DNA of 64,000 bases from a virus (IMGVR_UViG_3300046008_000242:121363-185362); one strand, 5' to 3'; positions 1-11,161 are shown, counted from the first letter of the stretch. The notes: generated by a model not told the origin, from the sequence alone. Translations and numbers: made by a program.

Positions 1-110
1 ACAATCTGTAATTTTATATTCTGGAATAAAAGATAGAGGTTGGTATCCAGAAGGTGTTTATGTTCTATTAAGAAGTTGGTTGTCTCAATAAATTTATTGA
101 CAAACATAAG

Positions 111-148
111 AAATCCCATAAGACATTAAATCTTATGGGATTTTTATT
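111..148 (+). terminator. Intrinsic terminator between convergent genes
   Basis: AAATCCCATAAGA-cattaaa-TCTTATGGGATTT hairpin followed by TTTTATT. Confidence 0.8.
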
Positions 149-152
149 GGAT

Positions 153-461
153 TCAGATATGATGTCTCACTAGAACTTTGACTAAACTTTCGCATGTGAT
201 AACTTTGTTAGATACATTATTTGTTATGATTACATCAAAAACCATTTCAGGCGGTTCCAATTCATCTACATCAAATTGGTATTGAGCAATACCCTTTACT
301 GGATCTATAATATTCATATCTTTCAATTTAACAACACCCATCTTATTCTTCCAACGCAACTTAACAGAAGTCCCATTAAGATCTATCACAGAAGAATTTG
401 CATTATCCATACAGATAACCCGCAACGCAGATTCTGTATCTCCTTCAACAAAATTTGCCAT
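153..461 (-). CDS. Virion structural protein, BppU-like N-terminal domain
   Basis: 102 aa; 'FVEGDT...LNGTSVKLRW...IIDPVKGIAQYQF' resembles baseplate-upper-protein N-terminal folds. Confidence 0.45.
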   Translation of the reverse strand: MANFVEGDTESALRVICMDNANSSVIDLNGTSVKLRWKNKMGVVKLKDMNIIDPVKGIAQYQFDVDELEPPEMVFDVIITNNVSNKVITCESLVKVLVRHHI

Positions 462-1960
462 TAAAATGTTCCTCTTTTAGTTATTATATTGTTGAAATTC
501 AATTTATTATCTTCAACCGAGTTGAAATAAATCATCATCGATAAAATTTTCAAAAATTGTTTAGAATTATAAAATCCAGAAATCCTAGAATTTATTATAT
601 TAGAACGCACCGTAACGCCAATAAACAATCCTTCCAAATCATTTATCGTAGAAATTAGATTTTCTGACGATAATCCAAACACCAAATTCGCGTCAATAAT
701 TCCCAATTCGTTGATAATTGAATTAGATCCAATAGATAATGTTCTATCTTGATTCAAATAACCTTGCGATAATGCCCCAGAAACCCCAGTCAATTCTTGT
801 ATCTTAGCATTCAACGGTTCAACATTATATACGTATCCGTTAACAGTTATATTTTGTTGTAATGGTTTTGATATATTTTTACCAAAATTTGACAAATTAT
901 TAACAATTAAATTTGAAGATATTCCAAAAGACGAAGTGACATTCAATCCATTAATGATAGATGTTAATGAATTTTGTGTAATTTGTCTACCTACATATAA
1001 AGATACTCCATTTACATTAGAACTAATAGACAAACCATTTACACCTTTACCGACCGTCTTTTCTAGATTACCAGAAATTATATTTGAATTATTGGTATTG
1101 ATGTTTCTAGAAGTGATTATACCTAAAGAATTTAAATTTGTTGATGACAAATTATTCAACATTTGTACAACAGAAGAACTTGATGATACAAATGTTCCTA
1201 AATTTAAGATTCCGAATACACCTGAGACAGGAGATGTTATATCAGATACTGCTCCTATTTGCACGGAATTTAAACCAGATTGTAAATTAATACCATTAAC
1301 CAATACATTTCTATTTACAACAAAATTGTTTATATTGGTTTGAGATGATACTGATTGTTGGATAATCTGTAATTGTTTATTGATTGAATTAATGTTTGAA
1401 TTTATCGATAAAGAATTTAATACATTATTTCTAGATGTTGTGATTATACCATTACTGGAAATAGAATTTACCGTTGTTATTTGTTTGTTTCTTCCGTTAG
1501 AAACATTACCGATAGAAACAGATGAAGATGAACCACCTATAGAAACATTTATCGATTTTGAAACATTACCGATAGTTGATGTTGTCGATGTTCCAATTAA
1601 CGTTAATGACGCAGATTCATCAATTGTAACAGTCAAACTTCCTATATTACTCGTTGAATATACAGAAGATACATTTAATGTCGAATTTAATCCAACAGAT
1701 CCATTATTATTTGATAAAGATAATCCAGTTATAGAAATAGATACAGAACATTGTAAATTATTTGTATCGCTGGTAATTAAGTTGGGATTAATTATTTTAT
1801 CGTTTGATAATTGTAAAGATCCAACACTATTAGTAAGATTTCCTCCAACCAAATCAACTGTATATCCACTAACGACAGGAATCTCAACCAACGACCCACC
1901 AGATGCAGATAAGTATTTCGATCCGACTGCGAAGCCTGAAAAGGGATTTAAGTAACTCAT
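461..1960 (-). CDS. Low-complexity Ser/Asn/Ile/Gly-rich putative virion or fibre protein
   Basis: 499-aa ORF, overlapping start/stop with both neighbours; beta-rich low-complexity composition. Confidence 0.5.
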   Translation of the reverse strand: MSYLNPFSGFAVGSKYLSASGGSLVEIPVVSGYTVDLVGGNLTNSVGSLQLSNDKIINPNLITSDTNNLQCSVSISITGLSLSNNNGSVGLNSTLNVSSVYSTSNIGSLTVTIDESASLTLIGTSTTSTIGNVSKSINVSIGGSSSSVSIGNVSNGRNKQITTVNSISSNGIITTSRNNVLNSLSINSNINSINKQLQIIQQSVSSQTNINNFVVNRNVLVNGINLQSGLNSVQIGAVSDITSPVSGVFGILNLGTFVSSSSSVVQMLNNLSSTNLNSLGIITSRNINTNNSNIISGNLEKTVGKGVNGLSISSNVNGVSLYVGRQITQNSLTSIINGLNVTSSFGISSNLIVNNLSNFGKNISKPLQQNITVNGYVYNVEPLNAKIQELTGVSGALSQGYLNQDRTLSIGSNSIINELGIIDANLVFGLSSENLISTINDLEGLFIGVTVRSNIINSRISGFYNSKQFLKILSMMIYFNSVEDNKLNFNNIITKRGTF

Positions 1961-3243
1961 GTTAAATAAGCCGCATAGTCAACATGGATTGTTTCGCTTG
2001 GGTCACCAACACAAACTCTGACGTAAATGTTACCCGCTTTGGCAGGTGTGATAGTGAGTTGAAGTTTTTGTTTTACATCTAAACCATTTGTCCACACCAC
2101 ACTTGATGTTGGGTGATTAGTCGTCGCAACAACAGGTGAGGCTCGTTTATTCGTTCCAAAACTACCTTTATCCGTTGTGCCGAAGAAATCCGCGTCTAAC
2201 CAAATGTGCGAATCGTTTAATGTTACACCACAAGTCACATCGACATTTACAGTAACAGGTGCGCCAACCGTCTCATTTGGAATCGTGATAATGTCACTTT
2301 TAACATAATTCACGGCTTCATTTGCATCGGCGTTAGTGATAAATTTCCAACTACACCCTGCCGAACCTTCTGTTGCGCCTGCGTTTTTATAAACGCCACT
2401 ATCTGCAATAATCATCCCACCTGACATTTCACACTTGTATAAATACACGCCGCAATTCCACATCGTTGCGCGGAATTTTGGGTTTATAGGTCGTGTCGCG
2501 CCGCAAATGTTGGCCGACCAGCTTGAGGGCATCTTACAATTGATAAATTTAACATCACCCGATGACGCATTAGTTGTAGTGATTAGCACAGATGTTGATG
2601 CAAAATTTGAAAAATCAAAATCTTTGAATTCAATATCTGAAACACCTGTTAGATTTAAAAATCCTGTTGGCGTTACTGAACCGGATGCAATGTTCCCACC
2701 TTCAAACCGTAACGTGGTGTTACCAGGTGTGATTTTTTGTGCAGCTTGTCCAAAACGAAATGTGCAGTTCTTAAATTCTATCGAGCTTTCTTGTCCAAAC
2801 GAAGAATTACCCATAGTAAATGCAGAACCCGTACTTGTCGTCTGGAGCAAAAGACTACAGTTTTTAAACACTAAATGCGTTTGGTCAACAGTAACAATGA
2901 AGTTAGCTGTATTTGTACCTGTTCCGATATTAAAAGAGATATTTTCAATATAAGCAACGCCCGAGAACGACATTGAACTTGCGGCTGTTGTCGTGACGGT
3001 GGCTGTCGCAGGTACACCGCTCGAATCATTCACGGCAACAACTTTGACAGGGTTTCCAAAACTTCCAGCAAAAGCAAAGGTTTGAGAAACTGATAATGAT
3101 TCAGCGTGCGCTTGGCTCAAATAAATCATATCACCAGCGACATCAATTGCTGTTGCGCCTGCCAACGTTGCTTTGGCTAACGCCCATGTTCCACCATTAT
3201 CAGCATCTAAGCCGTCTGTACTTCTGACGTAAATATCAGGCAT
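1957..3243 (-). CDS. Putative tail fibre/spike protein (beta-helix-like)
   Basis: 428 aa; 'IYVRSTDGLDADNGGTWALAKATLAGA' N-terminus typical of beta-helix phage proteins; GC visibly higher than the backbone. Confidence 0.5.
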   Translation of the reverse strand: MPDIYVRSTDGLDADNGGTWALAKATLAGATAIDVAGDMIYLSQAHAESLSVSQTFAFAGSFGNPVKVVAVNDSSGVPATATVTTTAASSMSFSGVAYIENISFNIGTGTNTANFIVTVDQTHLVFKNCSLLLQTTSTGSAFTMGNSSFGQESSIEFKNCTFRFGQAAQKITPGNTTLRFEGGNIASGSVTPTGFLNLTGVSDIEFKDFDFSNFASTSVLITTTNASSGDVKFINCKMPSSWSANICGATRPINPKFRATMWNCGVYLYKCEMSGGMIIADSGVYKNAGATEGSAGCSWKFITNADANEAVNYVKSDIITIPNETVGAPVTVNVDVTCGVTLNDSHIWLDADFFGTTDKGSFGTNKRASPVVATTNHPTSSVVWTNGLDVKQKLQLTITPAKAGNIYVRVCVGDPSETIHVDYAAYLT

Positions 3244-3673
3244 CTAGCACCTCACCTACTCTTTCGCTCGCTAAAATCCCAGCAATCACTAACGCTTGCA
3301 AACCCGCTTGCGTCAACGGGTCATTGCGATAAATCTGCGTAGTCTTATTAAACACTTCACGAAAATAAACAATGTTTGCATCCGTTGATGCTTGAAACGC
3401 AACCCATTCTGCTGGTGATAATCGACGCATTACTTCAACAGGTGTTAGAGGAATTTCAAAATTTGTGGCTTCTTGTAATACCCGTTCACGTCTTTGTAAT
3501 TCAATCTGAATTTGAACACCGCGTTCAAGACACACATCTTCAATCAAGCTCGCATCAGTTGACAAGTAAGTTTGCAGATACGTCCGACCGTTTGAATCAG
3601 TATGTTCTTCCGTAACAAGAATAGAACCATCAGCTTGGACACTTTGCGATTTCACTGTTGAGGTAATGTTCAT
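3236..3673 (-). CDS. Hypothetical protein, possible fibre-associated chaperone
   Basis: 145 aa, coupled to the fibre-like gene. Confidence 0.45.
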   Translation of the reverse strand: MNITSTVKSQSVQADGSILVTEEHTDSNGRTYLQTYLSTDASLIEDVCLERGVQIQIELQRRERVLQEATNFEIPLTPVEVMRRLSPAEWVAFQASTDANIVYFREVFNKTTQIYRNDPLTQAGLQALVIAGILASERVGEVLDA

Positions 3674-3812
3674 GATTTAATCCTAAGTTGGTTGTCTATT
3701 ATTGTATATAAAATCAATTTCATTTATAATATTCAAATAGTTTAGTCAAGTTGACCACCCACATTAAAATTTAGAATAGACATATATTGTTATTTAAATT
3801 TTTAGATTATCA

Positions 3813-4271
3813 TTAAGATAATCTAATTAATCCTGTGGTATCATTGTTCGTCGGCATGGTTAATGTAAATGTACCAGCTGTTACAATTTGACTACCAAAT
3901 GTATGGACAGATACAGCATTTTTACCAGTTGCTGTGTTATTGTAAATCAATACTGCATCAAACGCTGTTGATAATGTCACTCCACTAAAAACGATTGATG
4001 CTGACGGAGTTACATATGCTGTACCATTTGATGTTGCTGGAGCTGTTCCGAATGTGACATTTACCCCACCAGCAGTATATCCAGTACCAGAAACTTCACC
4101 AGTGGCAGAATAAGCTGTAGTGGCGGCACCTAATGATGCTGTAGATAGATACAACGCTGCTTTAAATGTATCTGGGGTTGTTGTTCCTCGAACAACAGAT
4201 GTTCCGAATGCGTGTAATCCATTCATTAAATCTTGTTTGAATGAAGTACACATTGACTGAGCGTTGGGCAT
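3813..4271 (-). CDS. Conserved phage structural protein
   Basis: 152 aa; 'MCTSFKQDLMNGLHAFG...TFKAALY...YSATGEVSGTGYTAGG' is a recurrent phage tail-region family; RBS AAGGA upstream. Confidence 0.6.
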   Translation of the reverse strand: MPNAQSMCTSFKQDLMNGLHAFGTSVVRGTTTPDTFKAALYLSTASLGAATTAYSATGEVSGTGYTAGGVNVTFGTAPATSNGTAYVTPSASIVFSGVTLSTAFDAVLIYNNTATGKNAVSVHTFGSQIVTAGTFTLTMPTNNDTTGLIRLS

Positions 4272-4343
4272 ATTTATTTCCTTTGTTGTAATTTTTGTAT
4301 CGATTCTTATAAGAATCGAAGTTTAAATGCGTCTTTTCATGTA

Positions 4344-4538
4344 TTAAAATTTACCAATTTCCGTAGAAGATGTTGTTGATTTAAGAATCAAATCAACATC
4401 ACGTTTAACTTCTTCCCCTTCTAATCGATAAATTGTTATCTTTGAAATTTCAGTTAATGTTTCATTTTGGATTACTTCTTTTTCCAATAATGATTCCTCA
4501 ATTTCACCTTTTGTTGTTAAAATTAACATATCAGACAA
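4344..4538 (-). CDS. Small hypothetical protein
   Basis: 64-aa ORF; RBS-like AGGA upstream of the TTG start. Confidence 0.45.
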   Translation of the reverse strand: MSDMLILTTKGEIEESLLEKEVIQNETLTEISKITIYRLEGEEVKRDVDLILKSTTSSTEIGKF

Positions 4539-4679
4539 TTCCTATTACGATTCAATAAAATGTTTAATTTTATTTATCGTATTAGAAGATTTATATTTTG
4601 TTAAATTACATGAAAAACATAAATGAGATTTTCAAACATCATTCAGAAAGTTTAATTTACTAATCTTTAGTGTTGAATT

Positions 4680-5982
4680 TTAAAATTTATTTAGCAAATT
4701 ATTGAATAGTTCATTAGCTAAGAACAAGCCCGTTTGTTTATGACCAACATTAGATGGGTGAGTACCATCAGAGCTAACGTATAAATCAGAGTTTCCATCT
4801 CCTGTTGGAGCTGTTGTTTTACCCGTTCCAGTCAAAAATCTACCAACTTTTCTAGTTTGAACTGGAATAAAAAGGATATTTTCAATGTTGGCGACAGCAG
4901 CGGCTATTGCATTTTCCATTACTATATCATACGAGTTAGTAAATAAATAAGGAGCTGAATTAGACCCAAAAAATACTATTAAAGAATTTGGAAAATACGC
5001 TTTTAACCTTGATACAAAATCGGAAACTGCTGATGTCATTACTTCGGAAGAACTTGTCGAATCATTGACTCCACCAAATACTGTGATTATGTCAGCTTTC
5101 TGATATTTAGCATGAGTTTCAAGTTGTAACGCAAATCGGGGGATGCTCCCGTTAGCCAGTGCTTCTCCAACATTTTTACCAGCAACATACCCTGTTGAAC
5201 CTTTCGCCACATTCACTAAATTTATAGTACCTATACCTCCAAAAGCATTGACTAGGTAATTAACTAAGCCGTTTGAATATGAGTTAGAAATCCCAACACC
5301 CTTCGCTAAAACTATCTCCAAAATGTAGCCAGTTTATACGACTCAACACAGGTGTTATTGTATGAGTAACTTTTGTATATATGTCCGATATATCTCGACA
5401 CTGAAAATGGATTCTGCGATTTGCGACAGATGTAAATTTAACTTTTAAGTAATTATTTCCACCCGATACACTATAACCAGATGCAGATGCGTTAGCCGCA
5501 ACACCTGTTCCAAGTGTTGCGTTAGATACTATTACCCCATTTACATAAAGATTAAATACTGTTCCGTTAGTACATCTTAGATAGAAGCAGTCGCCATACA
5601 AATCAAATGTAAGTGTTGTTCCTAATGTTTGTAAACCCCACCCAGCCGCATTTCCACTTGCTGCAATACCTATATTCCCAGCAGTATTGTAAGCAGTTAT
5701 ACTGCTTGGAAATCTCCACCAATTTGTACCATAATTTATTACACCTATCCCTTCGCTACCACCTTTAACCCACTGTGCTGCGTGCGCTATTTGCGATGGA
5801 GTAGGTGTAGTTACACCAGAGCCACCCATTATGTATGTGATTTTGGTTGCGGAGTCAGTGCTATCTGTTGATGGTGAACTTGCACTAGACGATAGAGTTG
5901 GATTGTCAACCACCAACGGATAAGCGGCTGACGCATCACTCATTGTACCTCCGACTAAGGAGTCGTTTTGTCGCTGTGACAA
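4680..5982 (-). CDS. SGNH/GDSL hydrolase-domain tail-associated protein, split by a +1 frameshift near 5299 (ORFs 5284-5982 and 4680-5321)
   Basis: Block I 'HFGDSFSEG' ends ORF1; 'FGGVND' and 'DGTHP' are in ORF2; removing one G from GAAGGGTGTT restores EGVGISNSY. Confidence 0.7.
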
Positions 5983-6097
5983 AAATAACTGAGTCAGACT
6001 GTTAGATAGTTTGTGGGGGGTTGTCTCGGTTTTGTTGCATACCTTTTAAAATTACAACATTTAACAAAGATTTATTCATTATTTTTTCCTATATTAA

Positions 6098-7480
6098 TTA
6101 AAATGCTTGATGATACATACGAACTCTACCAAATTTAACCGTGCCAGACGCATTTGCTCCGAGCTTCGCGTCAAGATAACACTGTAACCCTGCAATACTA
6201 GCTACGTTTTCAGGAACTCTCAGTATAGGTGTTCTTACTCTGATTGAATATCCTTCTGACGCAGCTCTAACCGCTGACGTAAAATTACCACCAGCTACAG
6301 CGCAGCTAAGTTGCGTTGTTCCAAGAAAAGGTGTGTCAACTGGAGAAGTGCCAGATGTAAATGAAGCCAAAAGACTAACACCAACGTCTAATATATTGAC
6401 GGGATTTACGACAACTATATCACATTCCAAGAAGTATCTTGAACCACCGTAAATACAATCAGGAAACGTTGTTAATGGTGTTGGTGTTGCTCCATTCATC
6501 ATAAATCTAACTATATCACCATCGGTAGATGAAACAATTGTAGCAGATTGGAAGAATTCTTCTGAACCAACAGGCTGCTTCGCAATCACGAAATCGGGTG
6601 GTATTACATAATTCTCAGTATTGTCAAAAGTCCAAGTAGGTGTTCCAGCATTGTTAATTGACCGCCATCCATCAGCAAGATTACCTGTACCGTTTGTTTT
6701 TAATGCAGCTTGTCCTAGCGTTCCGCTTCTGAATGAAGAATACATAATTCTAAATGGCGTAAAATCTTTGTAAATATCAATGTTTTTTGAGCTGAGTGTT
6801 ACGGCAGATTTCATCGCTACCATTGCAGATTTTCCAATGCGTCTGCTTCCTTCATTTGATGGGTGTGTCCCATCGTTCATCATATTAGTGACTGCCACGC
6901 GGATAGTTGGTTGAGTCGAATCCCAAATTGCCGAAAATGAATCAAATACAAAAACAGAATTACTTGCTAGAGATGTTATAAAAGTGTTCAATCGGTCTAA
7001 TAATTGAATTTTTGAATCAGTAGGCGTTGATATTCCATTGTTAGGTAAAATAGTTCCGATTACAACTATTTTACCCGCAGCAATTAGTCGATTGATTCCG
7101 TTAGATATATGAGTTGATACCGATGTAAATGTGCTGTCTATAGTTGCTTGATTAGCTGCTGACGACATATTGATAACATCATTAGTACCAGTCATAAGCA
7201 TTACAACTTTTACGTCATCAGGAATGAACGATGTTCTGGTCATGATTGCTCTTGTCATGTCGCCAGAAATACCTAATTTACAAGTATATTCAAATGGTGC
7301 GCCAATGTACCAGTTAGCCCAATTCCAAATTGATTCCGCCGTTGCTGTGTTATAAACGCCAGAAGCCATTACTCTAGCTGTAATAGAATCACCAAGTAAA
7401 GCGGCTTTGATGTGAGACCCCCCCGTATTCACAGAGTTGAGAGATTTCAATGATGCGATGTTGATTAAATTTTTATTCAT
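6098..7480 (-). CDS. SGNH/GDSL hydrolase-domain protein with C-terminal carbohydrate-binding-like domain
   Basis: 'LLGDSIT', 'GTNDV', 'DGTHPS' motifs; starts MNKNLINIASLKSLNSV. Confidence 0.75.
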   Translation of the reverse strand: MNKNLINIASLKSLNSVNTGGSHIKAALLGDSITARVMASGVYNTATAESIWNWANWYIGAPFEYTCKLGISGDMTRAIMTRTSFIPDDVKVVMLMTGTNDVINMSSAANQATIDSTFTSVSTHISNGINRLIAAGKIVVIGTILPNNGISTPTDSKIQLLDRLNTFITSLASNSVFVFDSFSAIWDSTQPTIRVAVTNMMNDGTHPSNEGSRRIGKSAMVAMKSAVTLSSKNIDIYKDFTPFRIMYSSFRSGTLGQAALKTNGTGNLADGWRSINNAGTPTWTFDNTENYVIPPDFVIAKQPVGSEEFFQSATIVSSTDGDIVRFMMNGATPTPLTTFPDCIYGGSRYFLECDIVVVNPVNILDVGVSLLASFTSGTSPVDTPFLGTTQLSCAVAGGNFTSAVRAASEGYSIRVRTPILRVPENVASIAGLQCYLDAKLGANASGTVKFGRVRMYHQAF

Positions 7481-7617
7481 GTTAATTCCTTGTTACAACG
7501 TTTATTATTTTATTGCATTAACAAAGCATAGGTATCTGTTAATGGATTTGTGAAATAAATCAATTATATTTATTTAAACTAAAATATAATTGATTTGAAA
7601 TTACTCGCGGAGATAGC

Positions 7618-7887
7618 ATGATTTACACATCAAACGCAAAATGGATACTATATAGAATTGATTCTGATGGCATCAAACATATTGTAAAAGAGTATCCAGA
7701 TAAACCGACAATTTATCAAATTATAGATTTGTTTATACAAAATATGGATGCATTGCATGATAAATTTAGACAAGGATATCTTGATGCATTTAATAATCTG
7801 TTAGATGGGAAAATTGTTGAGATAGAAATCTATAAGAAGAAACGTTTTAAACTTGAGAGGAATTTATACGATGTTAATTATTTCTAA
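7618..7887 (+). CDS. Hypothetical protein
   Basis: 89 aa with GGAG RBS; first gene of the + strand block. Confidence 0.6.
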   Translation: MIYTSNAKWILYRIDSDGIKHIVKEYPDKPTIYQIIDLFIQNMDALHDKFRQGYLDAFNNLLDGKIVEIEIYKKKRFKLERNLYDVNYF

Positions 7888-8548
7888 GTATAAAGATTAC
7901 TACGACCATATTCCATACAATTATGGTGTAGATAAAACCATTATTTTCAATCGTTCTAAATTGAAATGGAGCGAATCTGTCGAATGTCTTATCGATAAGA
8001 ATAGATATTCGTTTCCTGATATTTACCAACATAATCGATATGTTAATTCTGTAAGAGGAATTGGTCCAGAGTATAATTATGAGATTAAATGGATTTCAAT
8101 TTGTGGTAGATTACATTTAATCGTCAGAGACATTAGAATACCAAAATCTGGATTTGCTCTGATTACAAAACAAATTTATGACGAGATGGGTTGGAAGAAT
8201 AGGAAATATGGTTGGAAGAATAATAGAGATCCGTCGTTTGAAGAATGTATTGGTAAATCCGAACCAAAGGAATTTATAATCAGATTACATAAATTGTTCG
8301 ATAATCCTATATTTGAAATTTATGAGGATTGTGATAGGAATTTCCAGTTCGATTCTGTTGAAAATTTAGGAGAATTAGGATTTGGTAAATTGTATCCACC
8401 AAATATAATATACCAGAACATATTACATTTTATCTGTAATGTTATGGTAGACAATCCAGACACACTTCCTCCAGTTGAAATATCCGATAAAGATAAAATT
8501 GTTGGTCATGGGTTTGACATCAAACAAAGTTTTAGGAATAGAAAATGA
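7853..8548 (+). CDS. Conserved hypothetical phage protein
   Basis: 'MLIISKYKDYYD...DKIVGHGFDIKQSFR' termini typical of a myovirus family; true start probably 7871. Confidence 0.6.
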   Translation: MRGIYTMLIISKYKDYYDHIPYNYGVDKTIIFNRSKLKWSESVECLIDKNRYSFPDIYQHNRYVNSVRGIGPEYNYEIKWISICGRLHLIVRDIRIPKSGFALITKQIYDEMGWKNRKYGWKNNRDPSFEECIGKSEPKEFIIRLHKLFDNPIFEIYEDCDRNFQFDSVENLGELGFGKLYPPNIIYQNILHFICNVMVDNPDTLPPVEISDKDKIVGHGFDIKQSFRNRK

Positions 8549-9093
8549 ACATATATCCAAACCATGCATCTATCTACACTGATAGATTAATTGCCATTGT
8601 TGGTATAAATGAAATCAAAGATATCGAAGTAGAAGATAAAGATAATTCTGTATTGATTTCCATTACAGAACCTGGATCCAAGTTTATCGATGATTCAATT
8701 AAACAAAATTATTATGATACATTAGAAGTCCAGTTCTGGGATATTACAAAATCCCATGATAATTACAAAATCATATCAGACGAAATCGCCAAGAAAATCA
8801 GAAGATTCATCTTAAACAACAGAGAATGTCGATTTGCTGTACATTGCTCTGCGGGTATCTCTAGATCTGCTGGAGTAGCATCTGCTATCGAATGTCTATT
8901 GGATTTCGATGGAGACGTGTATGCTTATCAATTACATGGTTCAGATATAAGAAGATATTGGCGTTACCATCCTAATCATACAGTATTCTTAAAGGTGGTT
9001 GGTGGTAATGATATGGATGTACCACCATTTCCTGTATATGAATTTGATGAATCAGATAAAAATGTTGACCAATATCTCAAACTAATTTTATGA
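8545..9093 (+). CDS. Protein-tyrosine/dual-specificity phosphatase-like protein
   Basis: CX5R P-loop 'VHCSAGISRS'. Confidence 0.8.
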   Translation: MNIYPNHASIYTDRLIAIVGINEIKDIEVEDKDNSVLISITEPGSKFIDDSIKQNYYDTLEVQFWDITKSHDNYKIISDEIAKKIRRFILNNRECRFAVHCSAGISRSAGVASAIECLLDFDGDVYAYQLHGSDIRRYWRYHPNHTVFLKVVGGNDMDVPPFPVYEFDESDKNVDQYLKLIL

Positions 9094-9138
9094 TATAAAT
9101 TATAGGGACACTAACAACAACTTGAGAGAGTCGGAAGG

Positions 9139-9738
9139 ATGCATTCACCATTTCCTGTGGCATATCTAGCATACCATATTGTAAGAGAGTATCTACATAA
9201 ATGAAGATTCATTAACAGTCATCGATATCGGTGGTTCCACTGGCAAGTTATTAGATGCCATACAGAAACACACTGATATTAAGATACATAAATTTGTCAA
9301 TATAGATCCCACTGTATTTGAACAATCAGTCGAAAATGAATATGTTGAATTCATACATGATAATGCACAAGATTATCTAAAGACAGTTAGAAATAAGGTT
9401 CAGATTATCCTTTCTATTTTTACATTACAATTCTTGGATAAACATGAACGAGCATTGATACTTGAACAGATTAAGGATAGATTATCTGATGATGGAGTAT
9501 TGTTTATCGCTGAGAAGTTTTACGTCGAATCTGCCGAGTATCAAGAATTGTATTGAGGAACATGAAACGTAAGTATTTTTCTGATTCAGAGGTATTGGAT
9601 AAGGATAACAAATTGTTGAAACATCTTAAATTGAAAACTGAACAAGAGTTTATCCTTGAGATGGAATCATATGGTTTCAAGGTTGTGAAGTATTGGAATT
9701 GTTTACATTTCAATGAGTTTATCTGTACAAAACAATAG
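9139..9738 (+). pseudogene. CmoA-like class I SAM-dependent methyltransferase, interrupted by two frameshifts (near 9200 and 9552)
   Basis: Manual translation: 'VIDIGGSTGKL' (motif I), 'FTLQFL...R...L..DGVLFIAEKF', 'MKRKYFSDSEV...YWNCLHF' follows the CmoA layout. Confidence 0.55.
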
Positions 9739-9803
9739 AAATTGGTTTTAATTGTATCTGTATTAAATTATAATGTTGTTTTATTTGAATTGGAGTATAT
9801 ATT

Positions 9804-10178
9804 ATGGTATTAGATGGCGAAATTGATTCTTTGTTGAAAAAGGAACAATATACAGATGAAGAGATATTTGAATTTTGTAAAGATTATATTGGTAAAAGAG
9901 ACGTGTATGGTGATTTAAAATTGAATTACTTTGAGATCTCAGATGAAGAACTCTGGTCGAATATAGATACAGAATTTAAATATGCGGCTGTTGATTGTTA
10001 TGTTAAAAATGTTACATCTATCTGGTTGTTTGTAGAAGAACCCATTTTCAAAGATTTCTATGGAGATGGTATGATGTGGCAAGATAATGCTGGTTCAGAT
10101 ACGATTCATCCTACCATTAATTCGGTGCATGTTAATGGTAAATCATTTAGAGATACATTGAGAGTAAGACCATGTTAG
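9804..10178 (+). CDS. Hypothetical protein, paralog of the next gene
   Basis: Shares 'NYF.I.DEELW.N.DTEFKYA.VD.Y.K...IWLF.EEP' with 10172-10534. Confidence 0.7.
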   Translation: MVLDGEIDSLLKKEQYTDEEIFEFCKDYIGKRDVYGDLKLNYFEISDEELWSNIDTEFKYAAVDCYVKNVTSIWLFVEEPIFKDFYGDGMMWQDNAGSDTIHPTINSVHVNGKSFRDTLRVRPC

Positions 10179-10534
10179 ATTTAGAACATACAAAGAAACA
10201 CCTTGAATCAATGTATGGAGATGATGAAATAATTGAATTCTGTAAATGGTATCTAGAATCACATTTTATCGGTAAGAATTACTTCGATATTACAGATGAA
10301 GAACTTTGGTTGAATGTAGATACAGAATTCAAATATGCATGCGTAGATCCATATGAAAAAGATAAACCGACTATCTGGTTGTTTGAAGAAGAACCAACAT
10401 ATGATTATCATGATGGAAGAAGTAATCCAGAATATTGGTTTAAATCAAATGTTGTTGGTATGGAACATCTAAAGATTACAGAATTTGTTATCGATGTTTC
10501 CGATTATAGAAAATCATTAAGAAAACGACCATAA
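10172..10534 (+). CDS. Hypothetical protein, tandem paralog of the previous gene
   Basis: See 9804-10178. Confidence 0.7.
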   Translation: MLDLEHTKKHLESMYGDDEIIEFCKWYLESHFIGKNYFDITDEELWLNVDTEFKYACVDPYEKDKPTIWLFEEEPTYDYHDGRSNPEYWFKSNVVGMEHLKITEFVIDVSDYRKSLRKRP

Positions 10535-10552
10535 CCTTTTAGAGGAACACAA

Positions 10553-11161
10553 ATGATTCCTAATTTTTACTCAACATATTTTGATGATATTATTGATTAT
10601 CCAAAGAATATCATCCATAATCCGTTACCAATCGATACATTTTGGAATTACATATCATGTACATATTTGAATGGATTTATCAATCATGTAAAACCAATTA
10701 AATGGTATTCTGTCGATAGATACTCTAATCCAAACAAGATACTTTCCAATGGAGTATCAAAATACGATTACATCGACAAATTGATTGATGGATCTGTAGA
10801 TACACCATTTCATACAAATTTGCGTATGTTTGAAGATGATTGTATTATTCTAGCTGAATATGATTTTGAATATGATTATTGGGATTTCTTTGAAGAATTT
10901 TCTAATGACAATGAATCTTATGTTAATCATCTAAGAGGAATGACGCATCTTATCATGTTTTATTATGATAGTGATACAAAAGATTGTTCTATTGGTAAGT
11001 TTAGGACAGATGATTCTAAGGAACAAGTTATTGAAAATCTTGAGAAATATCTTAAATCAATCTCATCAGATCCTCTACGTATTGAACAAGGATACGATAA
11101 CGGATTGATGGGTTTCAGAGAGATACCAATTAAATTATTGAACGGTTGGATAGGTTACTAA
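10553..11161 (+). CDS. Hypothetical protein
   Basis: 202 aa, GAGG RBS. Confidence 0.65.
   Translation: MIPNFYSTYFDDIIDYPKNIIHNPLPIDTFWNYISCTYLNGFINHVKPIKWYSVDRYSNPNKILSNGVSKYDYIDKLIDGSVDTPFHTNLRMFEDDCIILAEYDFEYDYWDFFEEFSNDNESYVNHLRGMTHLIMFYYDSDTKDCSIGKFRTDDSKEQVIENLEKYLKSISSDPLRIEQGYDNGLMGFREIPIKLLNGWIGY

Noticed and set aside
936-1955. Long + strand ORFs antisense to 461-1960 (and similar antisense ORFs throughout)
   Set aside because: Shadow frames of real genes; no RBS or recognisable motifs.
5290-5305. Programmed ribosomal frameshift in the SGNH gene
   Set aside because: No slippery heptamer or stimulatory structure; the same GG-to-GGG pattern appears in unrelated genes, which points to error.
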